Below are positions 37,725 to 47,163 of a stretch of 64,000 nucleotides of DNA, piece by piece. The notes under the pieces were generated by a model. It saw only the letters and a program-made list of their open reading frames with translations, did not search any database and was not told where the DNA came from. The DNA lies in contig JAADJE010000001.1 in the NCBI GenBank assembly GCA_013150915.1, positions 30,575 through 94,574 on the forward strand, written 5' to 3'. The translations under genes and the position numbers were made by a program. This stretch comes from Gammaproteobacteria bacterium (GTDB lineage Bacteria > Pseudomonadota > Gammaproteobacteria > BMS3Bbin11). Positions within the stretch are counted from its first letter, which is position 1, and each line of letters starts with the position of its first letter.

Positions 37725-39824
37725 GTGGATGAGGAAATGCCACCTGGCTTTGATGACACTTCTGTCACCGTATTAAAGGGGATTGCTTCACGTGTCGCTG
37801 AACGTCTACAGCACCTGGGTATAGAAACAATTCAGGATTTACTGTTCCATCTGCCAACACGCTATGAAGACCGTACTCGGCTTCGTCCTCTTGGCAGCCT
37901 GCGGGCCGGCAATGAAGCAATGGTACAGGGCACAATCGAATTAACTGAGCTTCGCTTTGGTCGTCGACGTATGCTGTTAAGCCGAATATCTGATGGCACT
38001 GGTTTCCTCACTTTACGCTTTTTTCACTTCTCCGCCGCCCAGCAAAGAAGTCTGGCAAAAGGGTCTATCGTTCGCTGCTATGGTGAGCTAAGACGCCGTG
38101 GCAATGACATAGAGATGGTTCACCCGGAATACAGGATCATTGACCCGAATGCAGCTCAAACCATCGAACAAACCCTGACCCCGGTGTATCCCACTACTGA
38201 GGGGTTGCACCAGCTATCATTGCGTCGTTTTACCAAACAGGCGATCGGCTTGCTGGCTCAACACCCTGAGCGACTACCGGAACTGCTGGACACGCCACTT
38301 TGCAAAAAAATGAATCTGCCGTTACTGGCAGATTCCCTGCAATATATTCACCGTCCGCCCAAAAAGGCCAACACCTACCACCTGCAACAGGGCATACACC
38401 CCATGCAGAGACGTCTCGCACTGGAGGAGCTGCTTTCGCATCATTTATCGATAAGACGATTGCGCAGTCGCATAAAGGACAGTCGCTCACTGCAGATTAA
38501 AGAGGCAAAAAAGCTGACAGCAGATTTCATCAGGAATCTGCCTTTTCCCTTAACCGCTGCCCAGCGACGTGTCATCGATGAAATATTTAACGACCTCGGT
38601 CAGAAAACAGCCATGCAGCGCCTGTTACAGGGAGATGTCGGTTCCGGCAAAACAATCATCGCTGCACTGGCAGCGCTGGCCGCCATACGTGGAGGTTACC
38701 AGGTCGCTCTGATGGCGCCCACTGAGTTACTGGCTGAGCAGCATCTACAAACCCTGTCTCAATGGCTAAATCCCTTAGGTATACACATCTCCCTGCTGAC
38801 GGGTAAACTACCGGCAGCTGAAAAACGACATATCCTGGCCGCTATGGAAACGGGAGACTGTGACCTCGTCATCGGCACCCACGCCCTTTTCCAGGATGAT
38901 TCTTGCTTTGCCCGCCTGGGACTGATCATTGTCGATGAGCAGCATCGCTTCGGCGTTCATCAGCGGCTTGCCCTGCGCGAAAAGGGGCGACATGGGAAAT
39001 ACGTCTCGCACCAGTTGATCATGACCGCCACGCCCATACCCCGCACGCTGGCCATGACCGCCTATGCCGATCTTGAGACCTCAATCATCGATGAACTCCC
39101 ACCCGGTCGACAACCAGTAGAAACAGCGGTCATGCCAGAGTCTAAACGCGCTGAAATCATCAACGGTGTAGAAAATGCCTGCAAACAGGGGCGACAGGTA
39201 TACTGGGTCTGCACACTAATCGAAGAATCAGAGGCACTGCAGTGCCAGGCAGCAGAAGTCACAGCGGAAATATTATCAGAAACACTGGATGACCTCCGTA
39301 TCAGCCTGATCCACGGCAGAATGAAAGCAACAGAGAAAGCGTCGGTAATGGACGCTTTCCGAAGCGGCAAAACAGATATCCTGGTTGCTACAACCGTTAT
39401 CGAGGTGGGTGTAGATGTGCCCAATGCCAGCCTGATGATCATCGAAAATGCCGAACGACTCGGCCTTGCCCAGCTGCATCAACTACGCGGCAGAGTAGGG
39501 CGCGGCAGCACAGCAAGCGCCTGTGTGCTGATGTATCAGGGTAAATTATCCGTCAACGGACGTGCGCGTCTGGCCGCCATGCGAGACACTTCTGATGGCT
39601 TCGAAATCGCACGCAGAGATCTCAAGCTACGCGGTCCGGGTGAATTACTCGGCACCCGCCAGACTGGCCTGTTGCAATTGCGTATCGCGGACCTGTCCCG
39701 TGACGACGACCTGTTGGATCAGGTGCCTGCACTCGCCGCTGAAATCGAAAAACTATCACCGGAACAGGTACCGCTGTTGATTCGTCGCTGGGCGGGGGAT
39801 GTTATGGGATATGGAGAGGTTTGA
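37725..39824 (+). CDS. recG: ATP-dependent DNA helicase RecG
   Basis: Wedge domain (LLFHLPTRYEDRT), helicase motifs GDVGSGKT, DEQHRFG, TATPIPRT, QLHQLRGRVGRG. The start is either GTG 37725 or ATG 37737. Confidence 0.95.
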   Translation: MDEEMPPGFDDTSVTVLKGIASRVAERLQHLGIETIQDLLFHLPTRYEDRTRLRPLGSLRAGNEAMVQGTIELTELRFGRRRMLLSRISDGTGFLTLRFFHFSAAQQRSLAKGSIVRCYGELRRRGNDIEMVHPEYRIIDPNAAQTIEQTLTPVYPTTEGLHQLSLRRFTKQAIGLLAQHPERLPELLDTPLCKKMNLPLLADSLQYIHRPPKKANTYHLQQGIHPMQRRLALEELLSHHLSIRRLRSRIKDSRSLQIKEAKKLTADFIRNLPFPLTAAQRRVIDEIFNDLGQKTAMQRLLQGDVGSGKTIIAALAALAAIRGGYQVALMAPTELLAEQHLQTLSQWLNPLGIHISLLTGKLPAAEKRHILAAMETGDCDLVIGTHALFQDDSCFARLGLIIVDEQHRFGVHQRLALREKGRHGKYVSHQLIMTATPIPRTLAMTAYADLETSIIDELPPGRQPVETAVMPESKRAEIINGVENACKQGRQVYWVCTLIEESEALQCQAAEVTAEILSETLDDLRISLIHGRMKATEKASVMDAFRSGKTDILVATTVIEVGVDVPNASLMIIENAERLGLAQLHQLRGRVGRGSTASACVLMYQGKLSVNGRARLAAMRDTSDGFEIARRDLKLRGPGELLGTRQTGLLQLRIADLSRDDDLLDQVPALAAEIEKLSPEQVPLLIRRWAGDVMGYGEV

Positions 39825-39871
39825 TTAGATCGGTTTTCTGTGTTCGGTGTTAAGTAAAATCAACACCCGAA

Positions 39872-39909
39872 ACTGAACACTGAACACTGAACACTGAACA
39901 CTGAACACT
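39872..39909. repeat. Tandem heptamer array (ACTGAAC)x5 plus a partial unit
   Basis: Five perfect head-to-tail ACTGAAC units at 39872-39906, followed by ACT. The array lies 22 nt upstream of the ubiA ATG. Confidence 0.9.
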
Positions 39910-39930
39910 TATAAATTATATAATCCCCCC

Positions 39931-40794
39931 ATGCCCGATTTCCAGAACAAACTCAAACAATATCTATTACTCATGCGCGCCGACCGCCCCATTGGCAGTT
40001 TCCTGCTGCTGTGGCCGACGTTGTGGGCACTGTGGCTGGCTGGTGAAGGTCAGCCGTCAGCATCGATAGTGCTGATATTTATTGCCGGGGTCTTTGTTAT
40101 GCGCTCTGCGGGTTGCGTGATCAATGATTTTGCCGACCGGCATATTGATCCGGAGGTAGCACGAACCCGTAATCGCCCTATCGCTACCGGACTGGTTCGA
40201 CCACGTGAAGCGCTACTTTTATTCCTTGTATTGTGTGGGATTGCGCTATTACTGGTTCTGCAACTCAACACATTGACGATAAAACTCTCTGTGCTTGCTG
40301 TCATTCTGGCCGCCAGCTACCCCTTCGTAAAACGTTTTACCAACCTGCCGCAAGTCTATCTGGGCATTACCTTCGGCTGGAGCATCCCGATGGCCTTTGC
40401 TGCACAAAGTGGGCAGCTGCCTGCTGCTGTCTGGATACTGTTTACCGCCAATATCTGCTGGACGGTTGCCTATGACACGATGTATGCCATGGTCGACCGC
40501 GAGGATGATTTAAAGGTTGGCGTCATGTCTACGGCGATTCTGTTCGGAAACAATGACCGGTTTATCATTGGCCTACTGCAATTAATAACCATTGTTCTGC
40601 TTGCCTGGGTGGGTGTGATATCCGAACGTGGCAGTATCTACTACTTTGGTCTGCTGCTGGCATCCACATTCTTTTATTATCAACAATGGTTAATCGTACA
40701 ACGTGACCCGACACGATGCCTACAGGCTTTCCTGAACAACAACTGGTTCGGGGCCGTGGTTTTTGTGGGGCTAGCCCTGGATTATTTGCCTTGA
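39931..40794 (+). CDS. ubiA: 4-hydroxybenzoate polyprenyltransferase
   Basis: RADRPIGSFLLLWPT.., NDFADRHIDP Asp-rich motif, YDTMYAMVDREDD second motif. Confidence 0.95.
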   Translation: MPDFQNKLKQYLLLMRADRPIGSFLLLWPTLWALWLAGEGQPSASIVLIFIAGVFVMRSAGCVINDFADRHIDPEVARTRNRPIATGLVRPREALLLFLVLCGIALLLVLQLNTLTIKLSVLAVILAASYPFVKRFTNLPQVYLGITFGWSIPMAFAAQSGQLPAAVWILFTANICWTVAYDTMYAMVDREDDLKVGVMSTAILFGNNDRFIIGLLQLITIVLLAWVGVISERGSIYYFGLLLASTFFYYQQWLIVQRDPTRCLQAFLNNNWFGAVVFVGLALDYLP

Positions 40795-40803
40795 AAAGAA
40801 ACC

Positions 40804-40877
40804 AGTTTTCAGTGTTCAGTTTCAGGTTTTCAGTAAAGACCTGTATTTTGAACACAGAAAACTGAACACTGAAAACT
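40804..40877. repeat. Perfect 19-bp inverted repeat of the TGAACAC REP family
   Basis: AGTTTTCAGTGTTCAGTTT (40804-22) and AAACTGAACACTGAAAACT (40859-77) with a nested inner stem CAGGT/ACCTG. It lies immediately after the ubiA stop. Confidence 0.85.
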
Positions 40878-40966
40878 TTTTCTACCTTTTTACATTCCCC
40901 AAAGAGTGCATTACTATCCCCTGACACACAGATTAATAAATGTGGAAAAAAGGAGGCTGGGGTCGC

Positions 40967-41593
40967 ATGAATACCGTACTGGTTGTCAACGCCAAGGGGG
41001 GTTGTGGTAAAACAACGCTGTCGACTAACCTTGCAAGTTATTTTGCTACAAATGAATTGAAGACTGTGCTGGTGGACTTCGATCCACAGCAATCTGCCAT
41101 GGAATGGTTAAAAGAGAGAAACCCGGATCACTATTATGAAATCCATGGCATCTCACCTTTTGAACATCGCCTTCGTTTTGCGTCCGATGTTGATCGTGTC
41201 GTGCTTGATGCCCCCGCGCGTATTGAAGGAAAACAACTGACCGATCTGGTACGGCGTTCAGATATTATTCTGGTGCCTGTACTGCCCTCCCCGATAGACA
41301 TGCGCGCCGCTGCCCATTTTATCAAGGATCTATTAATGACAGGCCATATCGAGGAAAAAAAGATTGTCGTCGTCGCCAACCGGGTTCGTGAAAATACATT
41401 AATTTATCAACAACTTAATAAGTTTCTTAAACACCTGAAAATTCCATTTCTAGCCAGTATTCGCGACAGTCAAAACTATATTCATGCCGCAGAGAAAGGG
41501 CTGGGAATCTTTGACATGCCCTGGTATCAGGTGTCTCATGACATTGAACAATGGAGGCCGTTGATCCGCTGGATTAACCGCAATTTAGGCTAA
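40967..41593 (+). CDS. Orphan ParA/MinD-family P-loop ATPase
   Basis: Deviant Walker A NAKGGCGKTT, then VLVDFDPQ and ILVPVLPS. AAGGAGG lies ~10 nt upstream of ATG 40967. No ParB-like partner lies adjacent. Confidence 0.8.
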   Translation: MNTVLVVNAKGGCGKTTLSTNLASYFATNELKTVLVDFDPQQSAMEWLKERNPDHYYEIHGISPFEHRLRFASDVDRVVLDAPARIEGKQLTDLVRRSDIILVPVLPSPIDMRAAAHFIKDLLMTGHIEEKKIVVVANRVRENTLIYQQLNKFLKHLKIPFLASIRDSQNYIHAAEKGLGIFDMPWYQVSHDIEQWRPLIRWINRNLG

Positions 41594-41633
41594 TACACAC
41601 CAGAATCCAGATCATTCTGAACGGGTTTTTTTG

Positions 41634-42452
41634 CTACCGCAACTGCCGGATGATCCCTGCAGTCTGGGGCCGTATGCCGTGCCAGATCTGAAACGACTCT
41701 GCAGCCTGCTCCACCAGCATCCCTAAACCATCGCTGCATTGGGCCGCCCCATTTTCATCTGCCCAGACGAGAAAAGCGGTGGCTTTACTGGCATACATCA
41801 GATCATAAGCGAGTGTATCCTCAGTAAAAATACTGGTGGGCAAATCAGGCACGTCACCCTGCAGGCTGGCTGCTGTGCCGTTAATGACTATATCGTATGA
41901 AGCTGACCCGATCTCATTCAGGCCACTGGCAGTACAGGGTCCAAACCCTGAAAATACTGCAGACAGCTCCAGCGCTTTTGCAGCAGTACGATTCGCAATA
42001 TGCACTATCGCAGGCCCCGCTTCCAGCAAAGGACCCAGTAGCCCCCTGACCGCACCGCCTGCGCCAATAACCAGGACACTTGACTCTTTCACTGACCTAC
42101 CAAGATTGACCACAATATCTTGTATCAGCCCTGCGCCATCTGTATTTTCGCCATAGATTTTGCCGCTATCGAGAAATTTCAGCGTATTAACGGCACCGGC
42201 AAGCTCCGCCCGGGTTGACCGCCGATCAGACAGTCGCCATGCCGCCATCTTGAAAGGCACGGTTATGTTCAGGCCCTTGCCGCCGATTGCCCTGAATTGC
42301 CTGACGGCTGATTCAAACCTTCCCTCATCAACATGGATAGCTCTGTATTCCAGTACAATTCCACACTGTTCGGCGAACAAGCTGTGTATTAAGGGTGATT
42401 TGCTGTGACTAACCGGGTTACCCATAACGGCATATTTTGGTGTCTCTGACAT
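41634..42452 (-). CDS. aroE: Shikimate dehydrogenase
   Basis: YAVMGNPVSHSKSPLIH, NITVPFK, VIGAGGAVRG motifs. Confidence 0.95.
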   Translation of the reverse strand: MSETPKYAVMGNPVSHSKSPLIHSLFAEQCGIVLEYRAIHVDEGRFESAVRQFRAIGGKGLNITVPFKMAAWRLSDRRSTRAELAGAVNTLKFLDSGKIYGENTDGAGLIQDIVVNLGRSVKESSVLVIGAGGAVRGLLGPLLEAGPAIVHIANRTAAKALELSAVFSGFGPCTASGLNEIGSASYDIVINGTAASLQGDVPDLPTSIFTEDTLAYDLMYASKATAFLVWADENGAAQCSDGLGMLVEQAAESFQIWHGIRPQTAGIIRQLR

Positions 42453-42541
42453 CGTGTTTCCCTGTTTAGGCTAACTAACTCATATTCAACATTATATATG
42501 CTTCTGAGAAGGCAGGTCGTAGTACAACGTTGAGCTTTGAA

Positions 42542-43333
42542 CTAACGCAGTCGATCCAGCCGCAATCTTTCCCTGTCATCAAAAAGCCTGTGACAACCGA
42601 TGACTATTGCTGTGATTGTCCCCAGGCCTGTTCCTGCAGCAATTAAAAACATAATCAGTATCTGGTATTTCACGGCCTCAACGGGCGGCGTTCCAGACAG
42701 TATCTGCCCGGTCATCATGCCGGGCAGGCTGACCAGCCCTGCCACTGACATGGCATTGATAATCGGGATCATGCCAACCCGTATGCTGTCGCGCCGAATA
42801 TCTGAAATGGCATTGCTCCAGGTCTCACCCAATGCCAGTCTGCCATCGATAATTGTGCGTTTCTCCCAGGCACTACGAGTCAGATTATCCAGCCCCAGAG
42901 TAATCCCATTCAGGGTATTTCCCAACAACATACCTAGCAACGGTATCGAGTACTGCGGTAAATACCAGGGGTCCGGCTGAACAATGATCAACAGCGCCAA
43001 CAGTGTAACGCTGAACGCTGAAATAAACATGGAGGAAGTCCCCAACAAAAACCCCCAGCTGCCAATGAAACGCCTTTTCTGGCGCACCATCACTTCACGC
43101 CCCGCCGCCAGCAACATGACAATGGACATCAGTGCTATCCAATATAAATCACTTGCTGCAAAGACTATTTTCAATACCAGTCCCAGCAATAGTAGCTGTG
43201 CAACGGTTCTAAGACCCGCAATCAGCAACGCCTGAGTATTCCCAAGCCGCATACGCCACTGCAGTAGTGCCACCAATAGAACCAGTGAAGCGGCAATCGC
43301 CAGATCAATAACAGAAAGGCTGATTAGATTCAC
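42542..43333 (-). CDS. fetB: Iron export ABC transporter permease (UPF0014/YbbM family)
   Basis: 263-aa polytopic protein. 4-nt overlap with the upstream ABC ATPase. YbbM-like sequence. Confidence 0.8.
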   Translation of the reverse strand: MNLISLSVIDLAIAASLVLLVALLQWRMRLGNTQALLIAGLRTVAQLLLLGLVLKIVFAASDLYWIALMSIVMLLAAGREVMVRQKRRFIGSWGFLLGTSSMFISAFSVTLLALLIIVQPDPWYLPQYSIPLLGMLLGNTLNGITLGLDNLTRSAWEKRTIIDGRLALGETWSNAISDIRRDSIRVGMIPIINAMSVAGLVSLPGMMTGQILSGTPPVEAVKYQILIMFLIAAGTGLGTITAIVIGCHRLFDDRERLRLDRLR

Positions 43334-43971
43334 AGATGCAACGCCGAAAGGGTGCCATCAAGCTGAATTTCCATGGCCTGATCTGACAATCGCTTGAGCT
43401 GTCCCAGGTCATGGCTCACCCAGAAAACGGGCACCTTCCTTTTCCCCATATAATCAGACACTGTTTGTTCAACATCACGGGTATGTGACTCATCCAGCGA
43501 TGCCGTCGGTTCGTCCAGCAGTAATGCATCAGGTAGTCGGCTGAGACATCGGGCCAGTGCCAGCCGCTGTTTTTCCCCACTCGAGATACGGGTGACTTTC
43601 CAGCTAAGAACGTCAGCCTCAAATCCAAGCTGTTGGAGACTGGCAATGTCTGTTTGCAGAAAATGCTCACCCACAGTGTCGAACCACCAGGCACTCTCGG
43701 TCGGCAGGTAAGCGACTCTTTTACGCCATTCATGACCAGCCATTGATGCGCGGGAGCAGCCAGCCAGTGATACGTCACCTGTCGACAGATCAAGATCGGC
43801 GATAGCCCGTAGAAGAAGCGACTTGCCCGAGCCAGATGGCCCATTCAAACCTGTTATTTCCGCCCCGTGGAGGCATAAATTCAACACCGCAAGCTGTTGC
43901 ACGACCAGAGCCGGCACGCGGGATTGTAAATTAGAAATGACCAGATCAGCCATGGGTAATACCTGACTCAC
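43330..43971 (-). CDS. fetA: ABC transporter ATP-binding protein (YbbL/FetA-like)
   Basis: GPSGSGKS Walker A, SSGEKQRLALAR signature, LLLDEPT Walker B. Confidence 0.85.
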   Translation of the reverse strand: MSQVLPMADLVISNLQSRVPALVVQQLAVLNLCLHGAEITGLNGPSGSGKSLLLRAIADLDLSTGDVSLAGCSRASMAGHEWRKRVAYLPTESAWWFDTVGEHFLQTDIASLQQLGFEADVLSWKVTRISSGEKQRLALARCLSRLPDALLLDEPTASLDESHTRDVEQTVSDYMGKRKVPVFWVSHDLGQLKRLSDQAMEIQLDGTLSALHL

Positions 43972-44048
43972 TAATGTACGTGTAGAATCAGAGTATTATA
44001 TATCCACTCGATTAAAAACGCTGTGGTGAAAAATCTTTTACAAAAAAA

Positions 44049-45038
44049 ATGATGAGTAATTATTTACCTACAATTATTCTTACTGCCGGCGAGCCGGCCG
44101 GGATTGGTCCTGACTTGGCCATCATGGCCAGCCAGATGGATCTCGGTTGCCGCCTGGCCGTTTGTGCTGACCCTAATCTGCTTACAGACAGGGCAGATAA
44201 ACTTAGTATTAAGCTGTCTATCCAGGACTGGAAAAAGCAGCCACACAAACAAAATCGGCTTGCTGTAATCCCTGTGAAACTGAATCGGGCCTCCGAACCG
44301 GGTAAACTCAACCCGGACAACGCAGATTATGTTCTACAAACGCTTAAACTGGCGGGGAATGCATGCCTGCGGAGTGAATTTGATGCGCTGGTCACCGGCC
44401 CGGTACAGAAAAGTGTCATCAATGATTCCGGCATAGCCTTTACCGGCCACACCGAATTTCTCGCCGAGCTATCTAAAACCCCCCGGGTCGTCATGATGCT
44501 CGCGACGAACACACTGCGTGTTGCACTGGCGACGACACATCTTCCATTACGTGATGTCAGCACACAGATCAGTCATCAACTGCTGACCGAAGTGATAGAG
44601 ATCCTGCACCATGACCTGCATTCAAAATTTGGCCTGCAACAACCCCGTATTATTGTCTGTGGCCTGAACCCCCACGCCGGAGAAGGGGGCCATCTTGGTA
44701 CAGAAGAAATTGAGATCATTGAACCCGTACTTTCTGCATTGCGTGAAAAAGGGCTGCATCTCATCGGCCCTTTGCCTGCTGATACGGCATTTGTTCCGAG
44801 AGAACTCGATCGTGCTGATGCGGTACTCGCCATGTACCATGATCAGGGACTGCCGGTGCTCAAACATTCCGGCTTTGGCAATGCGGTGAACATCACCCTT
44901 GGCTTGCCCTTTATCCGCACCTCCGTTGACCACGGCACAGCATTATCTCTGGCCGCTACCGGCAACATCAATACCGGCAGCCTGCAACACGCACTGGCCA
45001 TGGCCATTTCGATGGCTCATACGCAGCAGGAGGGCTAA
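44049..45038 (+). CDS. pdxA: 4-hydroxythreonine-4-phosphate dehydrogenase
   Basis: [32 protein letters not shown] motifs. Confidence 0.95.
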   Translation: MMSNYLPTIILTAGEPAGIGPDLAIMASQMDLGCRLAVCADPNLLTDRADKLSIKLSIQDWKKQPHKQNRLAVIPVKLNRASEPGKLNPDNADYVLQTLKLAGNACLRSEFDALVTGPVQKSVINDSGIAFTGHTEFLAELSKTPRVVMMLATNTLRVALATTHLPLRDVSTQISHQLLTEVIEILHHDLHSKFGLQQPRIIVCGLNPHAGEGGHLGTEEIEIIEPVLSALREKGLHLIGPLPADTAFVPRELDRADAVLAMYHDQGLPVLKHSGFGNAVNITLGLPFIRTSVDHGTALSLAATGNINTGSLQHALAMAISMAHTQQEG

Positions 45039-45816
45039 TATCAAACACGTTGCCCGTAAACGCTTTGGTCAGAACTTCCTGCATGATCAGCATGTAATCA
45101 ATCGAATCCTTACTCATTTTCGCCCGCTAAAAGGAGAATGTATCGTTGAAATCGGTCCCGGTCTGGGTGCACTCACCTGGCCATTACTGGAGCGTATTGA
45201 TGAGCTGGATGCCATAGAACTGGATCGTGACCTCGTCACACGCTTCAAGGACGATCCGCGTGCATCAGGCCGATTACATCTTCATCAGGCCGATGCCCTG
45301 GGTTTTGATTTTTCCAGCCTGGCTGACGACTCGCACAAACTCCGAATTATCGGCAATCTACCCTACAATATCTCCACCCCATTGCTATTTCATCTGCTTA
45401 CTTATGCCCCTGTCATACAGGACATGGTATTCATGCTACAAAAAGAAGTGGTGCAACGCATAACGGCTGCTCCGGGAGGGAAAAACTATGGTCGCCTGTC
45501 GGTTATGCTACAGGCACAATGTAAGGTAAAAAAAGTCCTCGACGTCAGTTCCGGTGCATTTAGTCCGCCACCAAAAGTTGATTCCGCAGTGATATGTCTT
45601 ACCCCCTATACAGAACCCGTAGTGGATATCCCGAACCCGGAAAATTTTGCCCTGCTGGTCAAAGCCTCATTCACCCAGCGCCGTAAAACACTGCGCAATA
45701 ATCTCAAAGGGATACTGACCGAGAAAGAGATAACAGAAACAGGGGTGGCCCCGTCTGTTCGAGCTGAGACCCTTTCTTTAGAAAATTTTGCGGCGCTGAC
45801 AAGACAGATGAAATAG
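44899..45816 (+). CDS. rsmA: 16S rRNA (adenine1518/1519-N6)-dimethyltransferase (start uncertain)
   Basis: The KsgA homology starts at [10 protein letters not shown] (about 45050). [13 protein letters not shown] motif, GNLPYNIS. The ORF is open from TTG 44899, but no ATG/GTG/TTG lies near the conserved N-terminus. AGGAGG (45028-33) sits 6 nt before an in-frame ATC at 45040. Confidence 0.9.
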   Translation: MACPLSAPPLTTAQHYLWPLPATSIPAACNTHWPWPFRWLIRSRRANIKHVARKRFGQNFLHDQHVINRILTHFRPLKGECIVEIGPGLGALTWPLLERIDELDAIELDRDLVTRFKDDPRASGRLHLHQADALGFDFSSLADDSHKLRIIGNLPYNISTPLLFHLLTYAPVIQDMVFMLQKEVVQRITAAPGGKNYGRLSVMLQAQCKVKKVLDVSSGAFSPPPKVDSAVICLTPYTEPVVDIPNPENFALLVKASFTQRRKTLRNNLKGILTEKEITETGVAPSVRAETLSLENFAALTRQMK

Positions 45817-45864
45817 AAAAGAAGGTTTTATGTTTTACGACTTGGGACTTAAACCGTGTCCACA

Positions 45865-46365
45865 TCAAATCTCCGCGGTCACAGCCATAATTTTCTCCGC
45901 AACACGCTCGGCTGTCATGTCCGCCGCCACGGTTATATCTGCATATTTCTCATATAACACTGTTCGTTCGACATACAGATCATGCAGACTCTGCCGGGGC
46001 TTTTTTACCAGACCACGGGTATCGAGGTTTTTAATGCGCTCTTCAATGATCTCGTAAGGCACAGACAGGTAGATTATTTTTGACAGACTGGATAAATGCT
46101 GCATGGCTGCGGTGGAATATACCGTACTGCCTCCAGTTGCGATTACCGCTTTTTCTGCGGCTATTGAGAGTACGGCCTGTTCCTCAAACTGGAGGAGCTG
46201 CAGGCAGCCGTCCTGATTTACAATATTTTGTAGCGTTCGTTTCTGCTGTTGGCGAATAAGCTTATCGGTATCAATAAACTCAAACTGCAGATGCCTTGCA
46301 AGCAAATGCCCAACGGTACTTTTACCGGCACCCGGCATACCAATCAATGTAATATTTTCTAACAC
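45865..46365 (-). CDS. Shikimate kinase family protein
   Basis: LIGMPGAGKSTVG P-loop, FIDTD, ATGGS. 166 aa. Confidence 0.8.
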   Translation of the reverse strand: MLENITLIGMPGAGKSTVGHLLARHLQFEFIDTDKLIRQQQKRTLQNIVNQDGCLQLLQFEEQAVLSIAAEKAVIATGGSTVYSTAAMQHLSSLSKIIYLSVPYEIIEERIKNLDTRGLVKKPRQSLHDLYVERTVLYEKYADITVAADMTAERVAEKIMAVTAEI

Positions 46366-46413
46366 AGGACGTTAACTGCAGGACATTTATGCTGGCTGGA
46401 TGCAGGCAGTCAA

Positions 46414-47160
46414 TCAAGTATAGCCAAAATTTTCTTTCATGGTCTTTTGTATCCAGTTTTCCACCTTCTTATTCAGCTCACGCGCCCTCAGGCCTTTCGA
46501 TTCGATCAACGGCCCAATTATCACCTTGATATGCCCGGGGTACTTACGGAAACTCTCTTTGGGCCAGAATTCTCCCGCATTCAGGGCTACCGGAACAACC
46601 GGTGTTCCAGTTTTTACAGCCAGCAGACTGCCTCCCGGTTCAAACTTTACCTGTTCACCCGGCGGCACGCGCGTACCTTCCGGAAAAATAACCATAGTAC
46701 GCCCCTGCTTGAGCAATGCACCGCCTTTTGTGACCAGCTGATTCAATGCTGCTCGGGGCGTCCCACGATCTATGCTCACCGAGTTCGTCAAGTGCAAACC
46801 CCAGCCAAAAACAGGAATCGAAAACAAGTCACTGTTAAATACCCAGGCCGGCTGTCTGAACAAAAAATTTGTAGCAATGGTCTCCCATGTGGACTGGTGC
46901 TTGGGCAGGGCAATATAAGGACCCGACGGCAGATTCTCCCTGCCTTGCACTTCATACGTCAGGCCACAGCATAGTTTAAGTAACCACATTTGCAATAATG
47001 CCCAGTATCGAATCAGTCCTGATCGATATTTATAATCAAACGGTGCAATGAGTACCAGGAAAAGAAACATAATGATCATACTGGGCACCATAAACAGATA
47101 ATAGAGGAATGAGCGGATCCACGGCAACGGGCCATCACGATTACTGCTTTCTTCATGCAT
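46414..47160 (-). CDS. plsC: 1-acyl-sn-glycerol-3-phosphate acyltransferase
   Basis: N-terminal TM, HQSTWE (HX4D/E block), VIFPEGTR block. Confidence 0.88.
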   Translation of the reverse strand: MHEESSNRDGPLPWIRSFLYYLFMVPSMIIMFLFLVLIAPFDYKYRSGLIRYWALLQMWLLKLCCGLTYEVQGRENLPSGPYIALPKHQSTWETIATNFLFRQPAWVFNSDLFSIPVFGWGLHLTNSVSIDRGTPRAALNQLVTKGGALLKQGRTMVIFPEGTRVPPGEQVKFEPGGSLLAVKTGTPVVPVALNAGEFWPKESFRKYPGHIKVIIGPLIESKGLRARELNKKVENWIQKTMKENFGYT

Positions 47161-47163
47161 CGA

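Noticed and set aside
39872-39909. The heptamer array as a possible CRISPR or regulatory-protein iteron array.
   Set aside because: The units are 7 nt and directly abutting, with no spacers, so this is not CRISPR. No replication or partition gene context supports iterons. It is reported instead as a microsatellite/REP feature.
40565-41092. A 175-aa minus-strand ORF spanning the ubiA 3' end, the REP hairpin and the ParA-like start.
   Set aside because: It overlaps two confidently identified + strand genes and a structured repeat. Its translation has no family resemblance.
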